Assembly: GCA_944364615.1 (NCBI GenBank)
Contig: CALVWF010000001.1
Span: 65,840-129,839 of the forward strand
From: an uncultured Clostridia bacterium
Lineage (GTDB): Bacteria > Bacillota > Clostridia > Christensenellales > CAG-314
Reading direction: 5' to 3'
DNA length: 64,000 bases
In this document: piece by piece, positions 49,222 through 59,066 of the stretch
How positions within the stretch are numbered: the stretch's first letter is position 1
How the letters are laid out: every line of letters starts with the position of its first letter
Position numbers and translations under genes: made by a program
The notes under the pieces: model-generated
Told to the model about the DNA's origin: nothing
The model's database searches: none
Seen by the model: the letters and a program-made list of their open reading frames with translations, nothing else

Positions 49222-50709
49222 CTATTTAAGACGAGCCTGTCTGACGCTGTGCGCCCAACCCTCTAAGAGCGCGCGCCGTTTTTCCTCATCCATATGAGGT
49301 TCAAACACTCGTTCCACCTTGATATTGTCTTTGATGTCGTCGATGTCTTTCCAGTAGCCGACATTAAGTCCCGCAAGGTAACACGCTCCCAATGCCGTTG
49401 TCTCTATAACGCTTGGGCGTACCACTCTTGCATTTAAAATATCTGCCTGAAACTGCATCAGAAAGTTGTTCATGCTTGCCCCGCCGTCAACGTTTAAAGA
49501 AACGACTTCCGTTCCGCTGTCCTTTTGCATTGCGCTGACAAGATCGTAAACCTGGTAGTCAATGGATTCCAAGGCGGCACGTATAAAGTGTTCCTTGTTT
49601 GTGCCTCTGGTAATTCCGGTAATCGTTCCTCTTGCCTGAGCATCCCAATAAGGCGCGCCCAATCCCGTAAATGACGGCACGATGTACACTCCGTTTGTGT
49701 CGGGAACCTTTTCGGCGTAAGTCTCTGTTTCGGCGGCGGTTTTAATCATTCGCATTTCGTCGCGCAACCACTGATTGACTGCTCCGCCTATAAACACACT
49801 GCCTTCCAATATGTATTGCGGTTTCTGATCGGCAAGACACGCAGAAAGAGTAGTTACCAAACCGTTTTTACTTTTAACGGCGTTTTCGCCCGTGTTCATC
49901 AACAGGAAACAGCCTGTTCCGTAGGTGTTTTTTATGTCCCCTTTGTTGACACACAGATGTCCGAACAAAGCCGACTGCTGATCTCCGACTACACTGCAAA
50001 TGGGAATGGATCTGCCTATAAAAGTTTCGTCGGTGCATCCGTAATTGTAACTGCTGGGATGCACTTCCGGCAACATACAACGCGGAATGTCAAACAACTC
50101 GAGTAATTCGTCGTCCCAGTCGAGAGTGTGGATGTTAAACAACATCGTACGACTGGCGTTTGTGTAGTCTGTAGCATGTATCTTGCCTTTGCTCAGTTGC
50201 CACATAGTGTAAGTGTCAACCGTGCCGAACAGCAATTCGCCCTTGCGCGCACGCTCTCTCGCACCCTTTACGTGGTCCAAAATCCATTGGAGTTTGGTGG
50301 CTGAAAAGTAAGCGTCGATTACGAGACCCGTTTTATCGTAGATTTTTTCCGCCCAACCCTGCTGTTTAAGTTGGTCGCAGTAATCCGCCGTACGCCTGCA
50401 CTGCCACACGATGGCATTGTAAATGGGGGTACCCGTAACCTTGTCCCACACAAAGGTAGTTTCACGCTGATTTGTAATTCCGATTGCCGCAACGTCGGAC
50501 ACAGACACGTTGGCTCGTATCAATGCTTCCACGATTACGCCTACCTGCGAACCGAGAATGTCGTGCGGATCGTGTTCCACCCATCCCGATTGCGGATATA
50601 TCTGCGGAAACTCCTGTTGCGCCTTACCCATAATCTGTCCCTGTTTGTTAAAGACTATTGCACGCGAACTTGTTGTGCCCTGATCAAGAGCAAGAATGTA
50701 TTTGGTCAT
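49222..50709 (-). CDS. glpK: Glycerol kinase
   Basis: ORF 49222-50757 trimmed to [24 protein letters not shown]-family motifs throughout. Confidence 0.96.
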   Translation of the reverse strand: MTKYILALDQGTTSSRAIVFNKQGQIMGKAQQEFPQIYPQSGWVEHDPHDILGSQVGVIVEALIRANVSVSDVAAIGITNQRETTFVWDKVTGTPIYNAIVWQCRRTADYCDQLKQQGWAEKIYDKTGLVIDAYFSATKLQWILDHVKGARERARKGELLFGTVDTYTMWQLSKGKIHATDYTNASRTMLFNIHTLDWDDELLELFDIPRCMLPEVHPSSYNYGCTDETFIGRSIPICSVVGDQQSALFGHLCVNKGDIKNTYGTGCFLLMNTGENAVKSKNGLVTTLSACLADQKPQYILEGSVFIGGAVNQWLRDEMRMIKTAAETETYAEKVPDTNGVYIVPSFTGLGAPYWDAQARGTITGITRGTNKEHFIRAALESIDYQVYDLVSAMQKDSGTEVVSLNVDGGASMNNFLMQFQADILNARVVRPSVIETTALGACYLAGLNVGYWKDIDDIKDNIKVERVFEPHMDEEKRRALLEGWAHSVRQARLK

Positions 50710-50743
50710 GACTGATCTCCCTTTTTGTCGGTAAAGTATTGTT

Positions 50744-51106
50744 TTACGCCTCGGCAATTTCCTTGGTGGCGATTACATCCACACCGCAACCCGCAACGTC
50801 GACAATTACCACGTCTCCTATGTGTACCGGGGCTTTGAGCGTAACTGTTTTTAACTGTTCGAGACAGTCGAAAATCAGTTGTTTAGGAATAGCCTCGCGT
50901 GTTTTTACAGACGCCATAGGTATCTTTCCGCCTGTGACGCGTACGGAACCCGTAACCATACGTTTGGGTGCTATTATTTCGTTTCTGGCGTAAATAGGTC
51001 CTCTCGGACATGTGTTGCCCGTGACCTTTATATCGTTGATGTCCGTTGCGTCAACCGTCAGGTGACATCCCATAGGACAACTTATACAAATCATTTCCTT
51101 GATCAT
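50744..51106 (-). CDS. DUF1667 domain protein (third component of clostridial glycerol-3-phosphate dehydrogenase clusters)
   Basis: 120-aa [15 protein letters not shown] Cys motif. Sits after the two flavoprotein genes. Confidence 0.8.
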   Translation of the reverse strand: MIKEMICISCPMGCHLTVDATDINDIKVTGNTCPRGPIYARNEIIAPKRMVTGSVRVTGGKIPMASVKTREAIPKQLIFDCLEQLKTVTLKAPVHIGDVVIVDVAGCGVDVIATKEIAEA

Positions 51107-52368
51107 TGCTGACCTCCTTCCAGAGAAATGACAATTTCTTTGGCTTTTTTAAGTTGCTCGATCTGCTGCGAGTTGAGAGTAATGTTTTCCATTTCTCCCG
51201 GCGTTACAACAGGACGTTTCTTGCCGTAAACCTTAACCCCGTCCGCCGTGACGGTAAGTTCAACTTTCTTGTAGACGTTGCCTACGCGCATTTTAAAGTT
51301 GAGCGACTGAAAATTGTCGTCGCAGTTGAGTTTGTGCGGAACGCAATAGCGTACCCCCTTGGTACATTTAATTGTGACCTGTTCGCACTTCTCGGCACCT
51401 TCATTGATATATTTTACTGCACAGGCTCCGGCGTTTTCACTTTCCTGCGAAACAAAGTCTACCAGATCGTGGACGTGAAGAACGTTTCCGCACTGGAAAA
51501 TTCCTTCCACGTTGGTCATCATCGTGTCGTCCACTTCCGCTCCGCCGGTAACGGGCGACAGGGCAACGCTTGCGTTTTTGGCAAGTTCGTTTTCCGGAAG
51601 AAGTCCGACAGACAACAGCAACGTGTCGCATTTGATAAACTGTGCCGTTTCGGGCATGGGACGCAATTTGTCGTCCACCTCGGCAATGACTACGCCTTCA
51701 ACTCTGTCTTTGCCCTTGATGTCTATTACCGTGTGACTGAACATCAGAGGAATGTCGAAGTCGTTCAAGCACTGAACTATGTTACGGTTGAGTCCCGACG
51801 AATAAGGCATCAGTTCCACCACCGCCTTGACCTTTGCGCCTTCGAAAGTCATACGGCGCGCCATGATAAGTCCTATATCGCCCGAACCGAGTATGACTAC
51901 TTCCTTGCCGGGAAGATATCCTTCGATGTTTACGAGTTTCTGCGCGGTTCCTGCGGAAAACACTCCCGCTCCTCTCATTCCCGCAATGTTAATTGCTCCT
52001 CTTGGACGTTCGCGGCATCCGCAGGCAAGCACTACAGCCTTGGCCTTTACCTGAACCAGACCGTCCGTCGAATTGACATAGGTGACTACCTTGTCTGAGG
52101 AAATGTCTATTACCGTAGAGGAAAGTTTGTACTCGATGTTGCGTTTTTTTACTTCGTCGATATAGCGTGCTGCGTATTCGGGACCTGTAAGTTCTTCCTT
52201 GAAGGTGTGCAGCCCGAAACCGTTGTGAATACACTGATTTAAAATACCGCCCAGTTCGCTTTCTCTTTCCAGAATCAATATATCTCTTTCACCGCAATCG
52301 TAGGCGGACTTTGCTGCGGCAAGACCTGCGGGACCTCCGCCCACAATAACAAGATTTTTAGCAATCAT
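51103..52368 (-). CDS. NAD(P)/FAD-dependent pyridine nucleotide-disulfide-type oxidoreductase
   Basis: 421-aa ORF. VGGGPAGLAAA and VVILGSGDIGLIMA dinucleotide folds. Confidence 0.85.
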   Translation of the reverse strand: MIAKNLVIVGGGPAGLAAAKSAYDCGERDILILERESELGGILNQCIHNGFGLHTFKEELTGPEYAARYIDEVKKRNIEYKLSSTVIDISSDKVVTYVNSTDGLVQVKAKAVVLACGCRERPRGAINIAGMRGAGVFSAGTAQKLVNIEGYLPGKEVVILGSGDIGLIMARRMTFEGAKVKAVVELMPYSSGLNRNIVQCLNDFDIPLMFSHTVIDIKGKDRVEGVVIAEVDDKLRPMPETAQFIKCDTLLLSVGLLPENELAKNASVALSPVTGGAEVDDTMMTNVEGIFQCGNVLHVHDLVDFVSQESENAGACAVKYINEGAEKCEQVTIKCTKGVRYCVPHKLNCDDNFQSLNFKMRVGNVYKKVELTVTADGVKVYGKKRPVVTPGEMENITLNSQQIEQLKKAKEIVISLEGGQQ

Positions 52369-53795
52369 TATTTCGTCCTCCCTTCAACAATAAAACTTTC
52401 GCCTCCGCATTTAGTGACGTCCGCCATGTCTTCGCCCAATTCGCGGGCAAGAATCTGCATTACCCTTGCAGTGCAGAACCCTGCCTGACATCTGCCCATA
52501 CCCGCACGCGTACGGCGTTTGATTCCGTCAAGATCTTTTGCTCCTACGGGACGTCTTATAGCGGACACTATTTCCCCCTCGGTGACCATTTCGCAACGGC
52601 ACACTATCTTGCCGTACAAAGGATTGGAATCGATCAACTTCTGTCTTTCGGTATTGGACATTGTTGCAAAGTGAGGAATACCCTTTCTTGTTTCCGTAAA
52701 GTGTGAATTTAATTTAAGTTGCAGTTTAGTTGCCACCTGACCGGCAATTTCCGTCGCAATAGCGGGAGAAGCGGACAAACCGGGAGATTCTATGCCTGCA
52801 ACATTGTAAAATCCTTCCACACTGCTTTCACCTATTATAAAGTCGTCACAGTCTTCATGCGCACGCAATCCGCTGAACTGTGTGATTATGGTACGACGGG
52901 ACAGTTCGGGTACTGTAAGCGAAGCCTTGTCGAAGACAATGTTGAGTTGTTCGAGACTTGTCGACACATTGTCCTTGTCTTCCACGTCCACAGCGGTAGG
53001 TCCGATGAGAATATTTCCGTGAGTTGTGGGCGTTACAAGCACACCCTTGCCCATCTTGGTAGGCAACTGGAACAATGTGTGATCGGCAAGATACCCTGCC
53101 GTCTTGTCCATCAGAATATAGTCGCCCTTGCGCGCTACGATGTGCATCTTTTCGGGACAAACCATATTGTTTATTTCGTCGGCATGAACGCCTGCACAGT
53201 TGATTACCGTTCTGCCGTGATATACGGAACCGTCGGCACAAGTTACTTCAAACGTTCCGTCTTTCTTGGAAACGTTTGTAACCTTTTTGCAAAACTCGAA
53301 TTTTACTCCGTTTACCGCAGCATTTTCCGCGTAGGCGATGTTCAGTTCGTAAGGGGAAACTATACCTCCGGTTTCCGCAAGCAGACACGCCACAACCTTG
53401 TCGGAAAGATGAGGTTCTATTTTTCTCGCCTCCTCTCCCGTAATAACAGACAGTTTTTCCACGCCGTTGGCGACGCCCTTGTCGTACAGTTGCTGCAATG
53501 CCCCTATATCTGCGCTGTCGAAACACAGTACCATAGATCCGTTACGGCGGAAAGGAAAGTCCAGCGTCTTGCTGAGTTCATCAAACATTTTGTTGCCCGC
53601 AACATTGTACTTTGCTTTGTTACTTCCGGGAACAGCGTCAAAACCTGCGTGCACGATACCGCTGTTCGCTTTGCTTGTGCCCACGGAAACATCGTCGCCC
53701 TTTTCCAACACGACAATGTCAGCCGAGTACCTTGACAACTCTCTTGCGATGCCTGAACCTATGACACCGCTTCCGATAATAATTACGTCTTTCAT
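52368..53795 (-). CDS. FAD-dependent glycerol-3-phosphate dehydrogenase/oxidase-like flavoprotein with BFD-like [2Fe-2S] domain
   Basis: 475-aa ORF. IIIGSGVIGSGIARELS, and CRCEMVTEGEI...C motif near the C-terminus. Sits in the glp cluster. Confidence 0.85.
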   Translation of the reverse strand: MKDVIIIGSGVIGSGIARELSRYSADIVVLEKGDDVSVGTSKANSGIVHAGFDAVPGSNKAKYNVAGNKMFDELSKTLDFPFRRNGSMVLCFDSADIGALQQLYDKGVANGVEKLSVITGEEARKIEPHLSDKVVACLLAETGGIVSPYELNIAYAENAAVNGVKFEFCKKVTNVSKKDGTFEVTCADGSVYHGRTVINCAGVHADEINNMVCPEKMHIVARKGDYILMDKTAGYLADHTLFQLPTKMGKGVLVTPTTHGNILIGPTAVDVEDKDNVSTSLEQLNIVFDKASLTVPELSRRTIITQFSGLRAHEDCDDFIIGESSVEGFYNVAGIESPGLSASPAIATEIAGQVATKLQLKLNSHFTETRKGIPHFATMSNTERQKLIDSNPLYGKIVCRCEMVTEGEIVSAIRRPVGAKDLDGIKRRTRAGMGRCQAGFCTARVMQILARELGEDMADVTKCGGESFIVEGRTK

Positions 53796-53923
53796 CTGAC
53801 CTCCTGCAACAAAAAAAGCGTCAAACAGCGAAAAGAACAGCGCTGATTACAGCACCGCACTTCGCTTGTGTCTGACACTCCTTTGCTCCTTAGACATTCA
53901 GCATTTTATTTATTTGCGAATTG

Positions 53924-53952
53924 ATTGTAGCACAAGGTATTAGCAATTTCAA
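53924..53952 (-). promoter_or_regulatory. Sigma-A promoter of the glp dehydrogenase/glpK operon
   Basis: Minus strand TTGAAA (53952-53947), 17-nt spacer, TACAAT (53929-53924). About 125-nt leader with imperfect hairpins and a T7 run (plus-strand A-run 53811-53817) before the RBS. Confidence 0.55.
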
Positions 53953-53983
53953 TACCTTTATTAATTTTCGTTATAGAATCTTT

Positions 53984-54538
53984 TTATTGATATTCCGTTT
54001 TCCATAAAGATAAGTTACTGGTAGAACACGCAAAAGCCCCTACCTCGAACGCGCTGTCCAGATTTTCACGGGTGCGCAGAAATCCTCCCGCAATGACATT
54101 CGCTTCGGAACGCTCCTTTAAAGTCTTAATTGCCTCGTACGCGATTCCGGGCATAAGTTCCACAAAGTCGGGGTGAGTCTTTTCAATGTTTATCAGTGCG
54201 AGTTCCATCGACTGTGCGTCAATCAAAAAAACCCTGAACACTGTTTTAAGCCCGAGGTCGCGTGCGATACGGATGACGTTGATTCTGGTGGAAATTATTC
54301 CGTCGGGTTTTACTTCCCTGCTGATGTATTGCAGCGACGCCTCGTCCTTGCCGAATCCCTCCGCCAAATCGATGTGAATATACACTCTTTTACCCGCGTT
54401 GTGACAACGCTCCACCATTTGCTTTGCAGTATTGATATTCGCTTTCAGTAAAAATATATGACGGCAGGGACTGGTTAAAGCCTCTTCGAAAGAATCGTCT
54501 CCTTTTACCGCCGCAATGATTATCTTTTTACAACACAT
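53984..54538 (-). CDS. glpP: Glycerol-3-phosphate responsive antiterminator GlpP
   Basis: ORF 53984-54577 trimmed to MCCKKIIIAAVKGDD. GlpP family pattern (IFLLKANI..., DGIISTR...). Immediately upstream of the glp operon leader. Confidence 0.85.
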   Translation of the reverse strand: MCCKKIIIAAVKGDDSFEEALTSPCRHIFLLKANINTAKQMVERCHNAGKRVYIHIDLAEGFGKDEASLQYISREVKPDGIISTRINVIRIARDLGLKTVFRVFLIDAQSMELALINIEKTHPDFVELMPGIAYEAIKTLKERSEANVIAGGFLRTRENLDSAFEVGAFACSTSNLSLWKTEYQ

Positions 54539-54800
54539 TTTGTTTCTCCTTTTGCTGACGCGTTTAAAGTATAACACAGCAAAAACACAAATTCAATAGC
54601 AAAATCCGACAAAAATTCGTTAAATTGCAAACAAACAGTAGCAGCGTCACCGGTCTGACCGTTGCTTTGAAACACGTAACGCTTTGCCGACGTAAACAAC
54701 GCGCAATAGCACGGCGTTTGTTACTTTGAGCGTCTTTACTTTAATCCCCGACGGAACAGAACGCACGCAATGCTGTCCGCACGCAGAATATAATCTTTTA

Positions 54801-54834
54801 AAACAAAATGCACTTCGGCAAAAACCGAAGTGCA
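54801..54834 (-). terminator. Rho-independent terminator after yfcE-like gene
   Basis: TGCACTTCGG-caaaaa-CCGAAGTGCA (54809-54834), with TTTTGTTT on the minus strand. Also has a T-run on the plus side. Confidence 0.85.
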
Positions 54835-54838
54835 TTTT

Positions 54839-55390
54839 TTATTGTTTACAGAATGAAAAACTGTCTGTCACCTTGCCGTCCTCCAGCGACACGAGTCTAA
54901 TCGAATTGCCGTCCACTACGCAAAATGACGGTACGCCGTCCTTAGGCAAAGCACATGAACCCACATTCACGCATATAACGCCGTTGACTTCTGAAATGCG
55001 ATTTATATGGAAATGCCCCATAAACATAACGTCTCCTGCCGAAAGAGCGGGCAGATTGTCGCAATTGTACCTGTGCCCGTGCGTCAGGAATATCCTTCTT
55101 CCGAAATGGAAAAGCACATTGTTTTCCAAAAAATCAAAACTACTGATCATTGAGTCCACTTCACTGTCGCAGTTACCCTTTATCACCAGCAATTTGTCTT
55201 TTACACCGTTGAGCAGTTCAGCCACTTCCATAGGGGCATACTCTTGCGGAAACGGATTACGCGGGCCGTGGTTGTAAATATCTCCCAACAGTACCAGCAG
55301 ATCCGCCTTTTCCTTTTCAAACCGTTGCAATATACGTTTAACGGCATATGCCGAACCGTGAATATCGGTTGCAATAAAAATCTTGTTCAT
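54839..55390 (-). CDS. YfcE/MJ0936-type phosphodiesterase
   Basis: 183-aa ORF. IATDIHGS, LLGDIYNHGPRN, GNCDSEVD, THGH. Confidence 0.85.
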   Translation of the reverse strand: MNKIFIATDIHGSAYAVKRILQRFEKEKADLLVLLGDIYNHGPRNPFPQEYAPMEVAELLNGVKDKLLVIKGNCDSEVDSMISSFDFLENNVLFHFGRRIFLTHGHRYNCDNLPALSAGDVMFMGHFHINRISEVNGVICVNVGSCALPKDGVPSFCVVDGNSIRLVSLEDGKVTDSFSFCKQ

Positions 55391-55464
55391 AAATTACCTC
55401 TTTAAGTATAATAACACAAAACAGTAATTTCTTGCAACATACGCAACGGTATTTTCAGACGTCG

Positions 55465-57060
55465 TCATCCTTTAAAATCTCCGCCGCCGAGGAATTCTTT
55501 TACCAACGAGTTGGCGGGAACGATGTCTTCGGGAATTTCCTTGAAATTTTTCAGTATATCCATCAGTCGTTGCGCTTCGGCGTATTCGGGCACGTCGTTG
55601 GTAATTTCTTTGAGCAGCGCCATTGCCTTGTGTTTAAGCACCGCCAATTCGTAAATAAGCGAAGTGTTGAATATACTGTCGGCGTCTTCCTGGAATGGGA
55701 ATATGTTTTGCTGCTCGCCTTTGTTGACGTTGGGCCAAGTCTTGATTGTGTTAAGCGCGCTGTACGCCCTGAACTGATGGTCTCTTACGATTCTTCTGAT
55801 AAACCTGGTGTCCGTTGTGGATATTCTGTTAAAGGCGTCAATGTTGAGCACCGTCAGTGCGCTGATGTACACCTTGTACTTTCTGTCTTTGGGAATACGC
55901 GCCGTCAGTTTGTCGTTGAGGCAGTGTATTCCTTCTATTACCAGCACTTCCTCGTCGGAAATTCTGGTCTTTTTGCCGTTGAACACTTTTACGCCGTTTT
56001 TAAAATCGAACTCGGGCATTTCCACTTCTTCGCCGTTGAGCAATCCCAGCAGATCCTGATTGAACAGGTCGATGTCTATTGCTTCAAGACATTCGAAATC
56101 GGGCTCGCCCTTTTCATTCAAAGGCGTCTGACCTCTGTCAACGAAATAATTGTCAACGGAAATAGTTACGGGTTTTAGACCGTTGAGTCGCAACTGTATA
56201 CCCAGTCTCTGAGCAAACGTCGTCTTGCCCGATGAGGACGGTCCCGCAATAAGCACTATCTTGACGCCCTTTCTCCTGGCAATCTGGTCGGCGATGTTGG
56301 CAATCTTCTTTTCGTGCAACGCTTCCGACAACAGTATCAGTTCGCGTATCTTGTTGTTTTCTATAACCGTGTTCAACTTGTGAATGGTTCCGACATTCAA
56401 GATCTTGTATATTGTTTCGTATTCTTCCAATGCCCATTGCAGTTTTTTGGTCTCTTTGAATACAGGCAAAACGTTTACGTTGTCCGAACTGGGGTAACGC
56501 AACAAAAAGCCCTTGCCGTATTTTACAAGATCGAATGTACGTGTGGCGCCCGTGTGCGTTGCTATTGTCTCGTAAATGCAATTGTAGTAATCTTCGCAGT
56601 AATACAGATTGATTGTTTCGTTTTCCTCTACGTCCAGTTGCAATCTGCCTTTCGCGGTTTTTTCGCTGTTGTAAAATTCCGTCGCCTCTGCCCTCGTCAT
56701 CACGACTTTTCTTATTTCCAGATCGGCGTCTATTATTTCCTGCATTCTGTCCTTTACCGTCTGCAACATTTCTTCGGTGACGTCCATATTGTCCAAAGTG
56801 CAGTACATTGCGTTTGACAACTGGTAGTCCACCGTAAGACGTGCACGGCGGAAAGTTTCGAAAAATGCCTTGCTCATCGTGTAAGTAAGGGTGGCACGGT
56901 ATATCTTCATACCCTCTTTGCAATTGATGTCTATGAGAGATACCTTTTCGTTACCTTCTATTTCGTCGTTAAGGTTACTGTAAGTGTTGTTGACCGTAGC
57001 CCCCACTACGGGGTACTTGCTTTGCGCTATTTGCTGTTGATACTTTTCCGATATTTTCAT
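55465..57060 (-). CDS. Nucleoside (uridine-type) kinase with N-terminal ThrRS/TGS-like extension
   Basis: 531-aa ORF. P-loop IAGPSSSGKTTFAQRL and uridine-kinase-like body. Long N-terminal domain. Confidence 0.75.
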   Translation of the reverse strand: MKISEKYQQQIAQSKYPVVGATVNNTYSNLNDEIEGNEKVSLIDINCKEGMKIYRATLTYTMSKAFFETFRRARLTVDYQLSNAMYCTLDNMDVTEEMLQTVKDRMQEIIDADLEIRKVVMTRAEATEFYNSEKTAKGRLQLDVEENETINLYYCEDYYNCIYETIATHTGATRTFDLVKYGKGFLLRYPSSDNVNVLPVFKETKKLQWALEEYETIYKILNVGTIHKLNTVIENNKIRELILLSEALHEKKIANIADQIARRKGVKIVLIAGPSSSGKTTFAQRLGIQLRLNGLKPVTISVDNYFVDRGQTPLNEKGEPDFECLEAIDIDLFNQDLLGLLNGEEVEMPEFDFKNGVKVFNGKKTRISDEEVLVIEGIHCLNDKLTARIPKDRKYKVYISALTVLNIDAFNRISTTDTRFIRRIVRDHQFRAYSALNTIKTWPNVNKGEQQNIFPFQEDADSIFNTSLIYELAVLKHKAMALLKEITNDVPEYAEAQRLMDILKNFKEIPEDIVPANSLVKEFLGGGDFKG

Positions 57061-57342
57061 TTTTTTTCACTACCTTTATTACTGATTTGGAATGTGCCGT
57101 CGTAATGCCGTAAAGAACATTTTTTTAAGGAATATTCAGCAACCCTTTACATAAATATTCCTTAACGATTGGCAAAAATCCTAATATGATTTTATGGGTG
57201 ACATCTATTTTACCATTACTCCGCCACAAAGTCAATAGTGAATTACTTATATGTCAATATCAATTTTTTATACTGTTGCGGTATCAAATGAACCGCATCG
57301 GTATTTCAGACAGAAGGAAGGAACGGTTTGTTCCGAGTAACG

Positions 57343-58296
57343 CTATTCGACGGTAATATAGCGACCTCTTCCCTTGATTTTGTCTGCCGAGTACTTGCAA
57401 CCGCATTTGTCTCCGAAGTAAAGCAACTTTAACGAGTCCGCAAAAGGCTTTCTGAACACCACTGCATTGCCTTTTTTACCCAGTTCCAGAAGCAGAGTGA
57501 ATATTTCGGAGTCAGCAGGATGCCAGTGCGTGGAGTAACTTTTGCCGCCTATACATGCGAAGAATTCAAGAACACATTCCGAATCGACATATACGTATAA
57601 TGTAAAACCGTCAAAATTCCAGACAAGCGTGTCGCCGTCGACGCTGTACTTTCCACCGAGGTCGGGAACGCTTTCCAACATTTCGTACAACTGCCGTGCG
57701 TTACGTGGTACAAAAGGCTCAACGCATTGGTAACGTGGATCGAATGCATGCAGGTAACCTGCCGTAAGTACTATCGATTCGGGCAAAACCCGCCCGACGG
57801 TAAACGTTTCGTCAAACAACGAGCAATCGAGCAGAACCTTGACGGTAAAATCAGCCGTCAGACCGCCGTCGAGTAAAGCGATTCTGAACTGTAACCATTG
57901 ATCGAACTCCATAGATGAATCCTTTTCGTCGTATTTTCCCCGCCTTACAATCATGCACTTACCATTTTCGCCAAAGGACAAAAAGTCAAAATCGGGAAAA
58001 ATGTATAAATCGCCTCCGTACAAAAAATAACTGCGACTTGTATTCCTGTGAAAAACGCATTGTACGGAAAGATCGCGCTGTCTGACGCCTTTATAAAACA
58101 TGTATTGCGGCGAATAAGTTACGTTACTTTTATACGGTATGTGAAATTGTTTGTAATAATCGCTTCTCCTATATTGTACCGCCTCGGCAAGGGACGCAAA
58201 AGGGAAAATAAACGCAATGAAAACAAATGCAACAACTATTATCGGAAAACACACAATAAACATCAACACATACAGTAAGACTTTATACCATTTCAT
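57343..58296 (-). CDS. Hypothetical membrane-anchored protein
   Basis: ORF 57343-58350 trimmed to MKWYKVLLYVLMFIVCFPIIVVAFVFIAFIF (ATG 58296 behind AAAGGAAG). One N-terminal TM region then about 270 aa with no motif I recognise. Confidence 0.55.
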   Translation of the reverse strand: MKWYKVLLYVLMFIVCFPIIVVAFVFIAFIFPFASLAEAVQYRRSDYYKQFHIPYKSNVTYSPQYMFYKGVRQRDLSVQCVFHRNTSRSYFLYGGDLYIFPDFDFLSFGENGKCMIVRRGKYDEKDSSMEFDQWLQFRIALLDGGLTADFTVKVLLDCSLFDETFTVGRVLPESIVLTAGYLHAFDPRYQCVEPFVPRNARQLYEMLESVPDLGGKYSVDGDTLVWNFDGFTLYVYVDSECVLEFFACIGGKSYSTHWHPADSEIFTLLLELGKKGNAVVFRKPFADSLKLLYFGDKCGCKYSADKIKGRGRYITVE

Positions 58297-58944
58297 ATTC
58301 TCGCACTTCCTTTCATTAATTAAAACACAAAAAAAATTATTTTGCAACATTATGTCAATGAGATGTTGCTTTGCCCCTTTCAGCGTTTGAAAAAGCGTGA
58401 CGGTATCGACAGATTGTAATGAAAAAGCGACAATGCTTCAAGCGTCAGAAGTGTACGGAAACAGTCTGTTGCAGGTTTTAAGTCGACGATAAATCTTCTT
58501 CCTATTACTGCGGTAACGCACGACTTTTTTTAAAACGTTTTCCGGCACATTGGTGCACGACGACACTTCAAACGTTACGCAACCGACAACACACAACCCC
58601 GAAACAAAAACGGAAAGCCAAAAGATTTAAAACCGACAAACCGTATTTTAATTCAAAAAATACGTTGAAACGTATGGTAAAAGCATACGACAGTAAACGG
58701 GCTCGGTAAGGTCAGATTCTTTCGGTAAATAATTATTGTGCAAATGAAATACGAAAAACATTCAAACGCAAAAACCGCAAAAGTGTGCCTCGACTGACCG
58801 CCTGTGCACTGCATAAACACACCAATACCTGACTTACAACCGATGTGCAGGATACAGCAATACCGCTCTCAGTAAGAGCGGTACGCATTGAATACCGTTA
58901 AATGCAGAACAAAGGCTGTTTGCAACCACAAAACGATTCAATAG

Positions 58945-58973
58945 AAAAAGGGCGCATTGTGTGCGCCCTTTTT
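58945..58973. terminator. Bidirectional terminator at the left edge of the AT-rich island
   Basis: aaaaaGGGCGCA-ttgtg-TGCGCCCttttt. About 90 nt downstream of the NTase-like gene on the minus strand. Confidence 0.85.
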
Positions 58974-59006
58974 AATCGATTTGTTTTTGTGCTATCGCTT
59001 TAATAC

Positions 59007-59066
59007 AAAATGACACCCCTACTTGCAAAACGACACCCTTACTAGATAAACGAAACCCCTAAATTA
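59007..59066. repeat. Left-end array: three tandem 20-bp repeats
   Basis: aaaatgacacccctacttgc / aaaacgacacccttactaga / taaacgaaacccctaaatta (16/20 and 13/20 identities between neighbours). The last unit overlaps the stop codon of the NTase-like gene. Confidence 0.8.

Noticed and set aside
58981-59003. tttgtgctatcgc compared with the tRNA 3' end (tggtgctggcg) as a duplicated att core
   Set aside because: Only about 8 of 11 positions match and the match does not extend. The 12-bp perfect repeat GACACCCTTACT is a much better boundary candidate.
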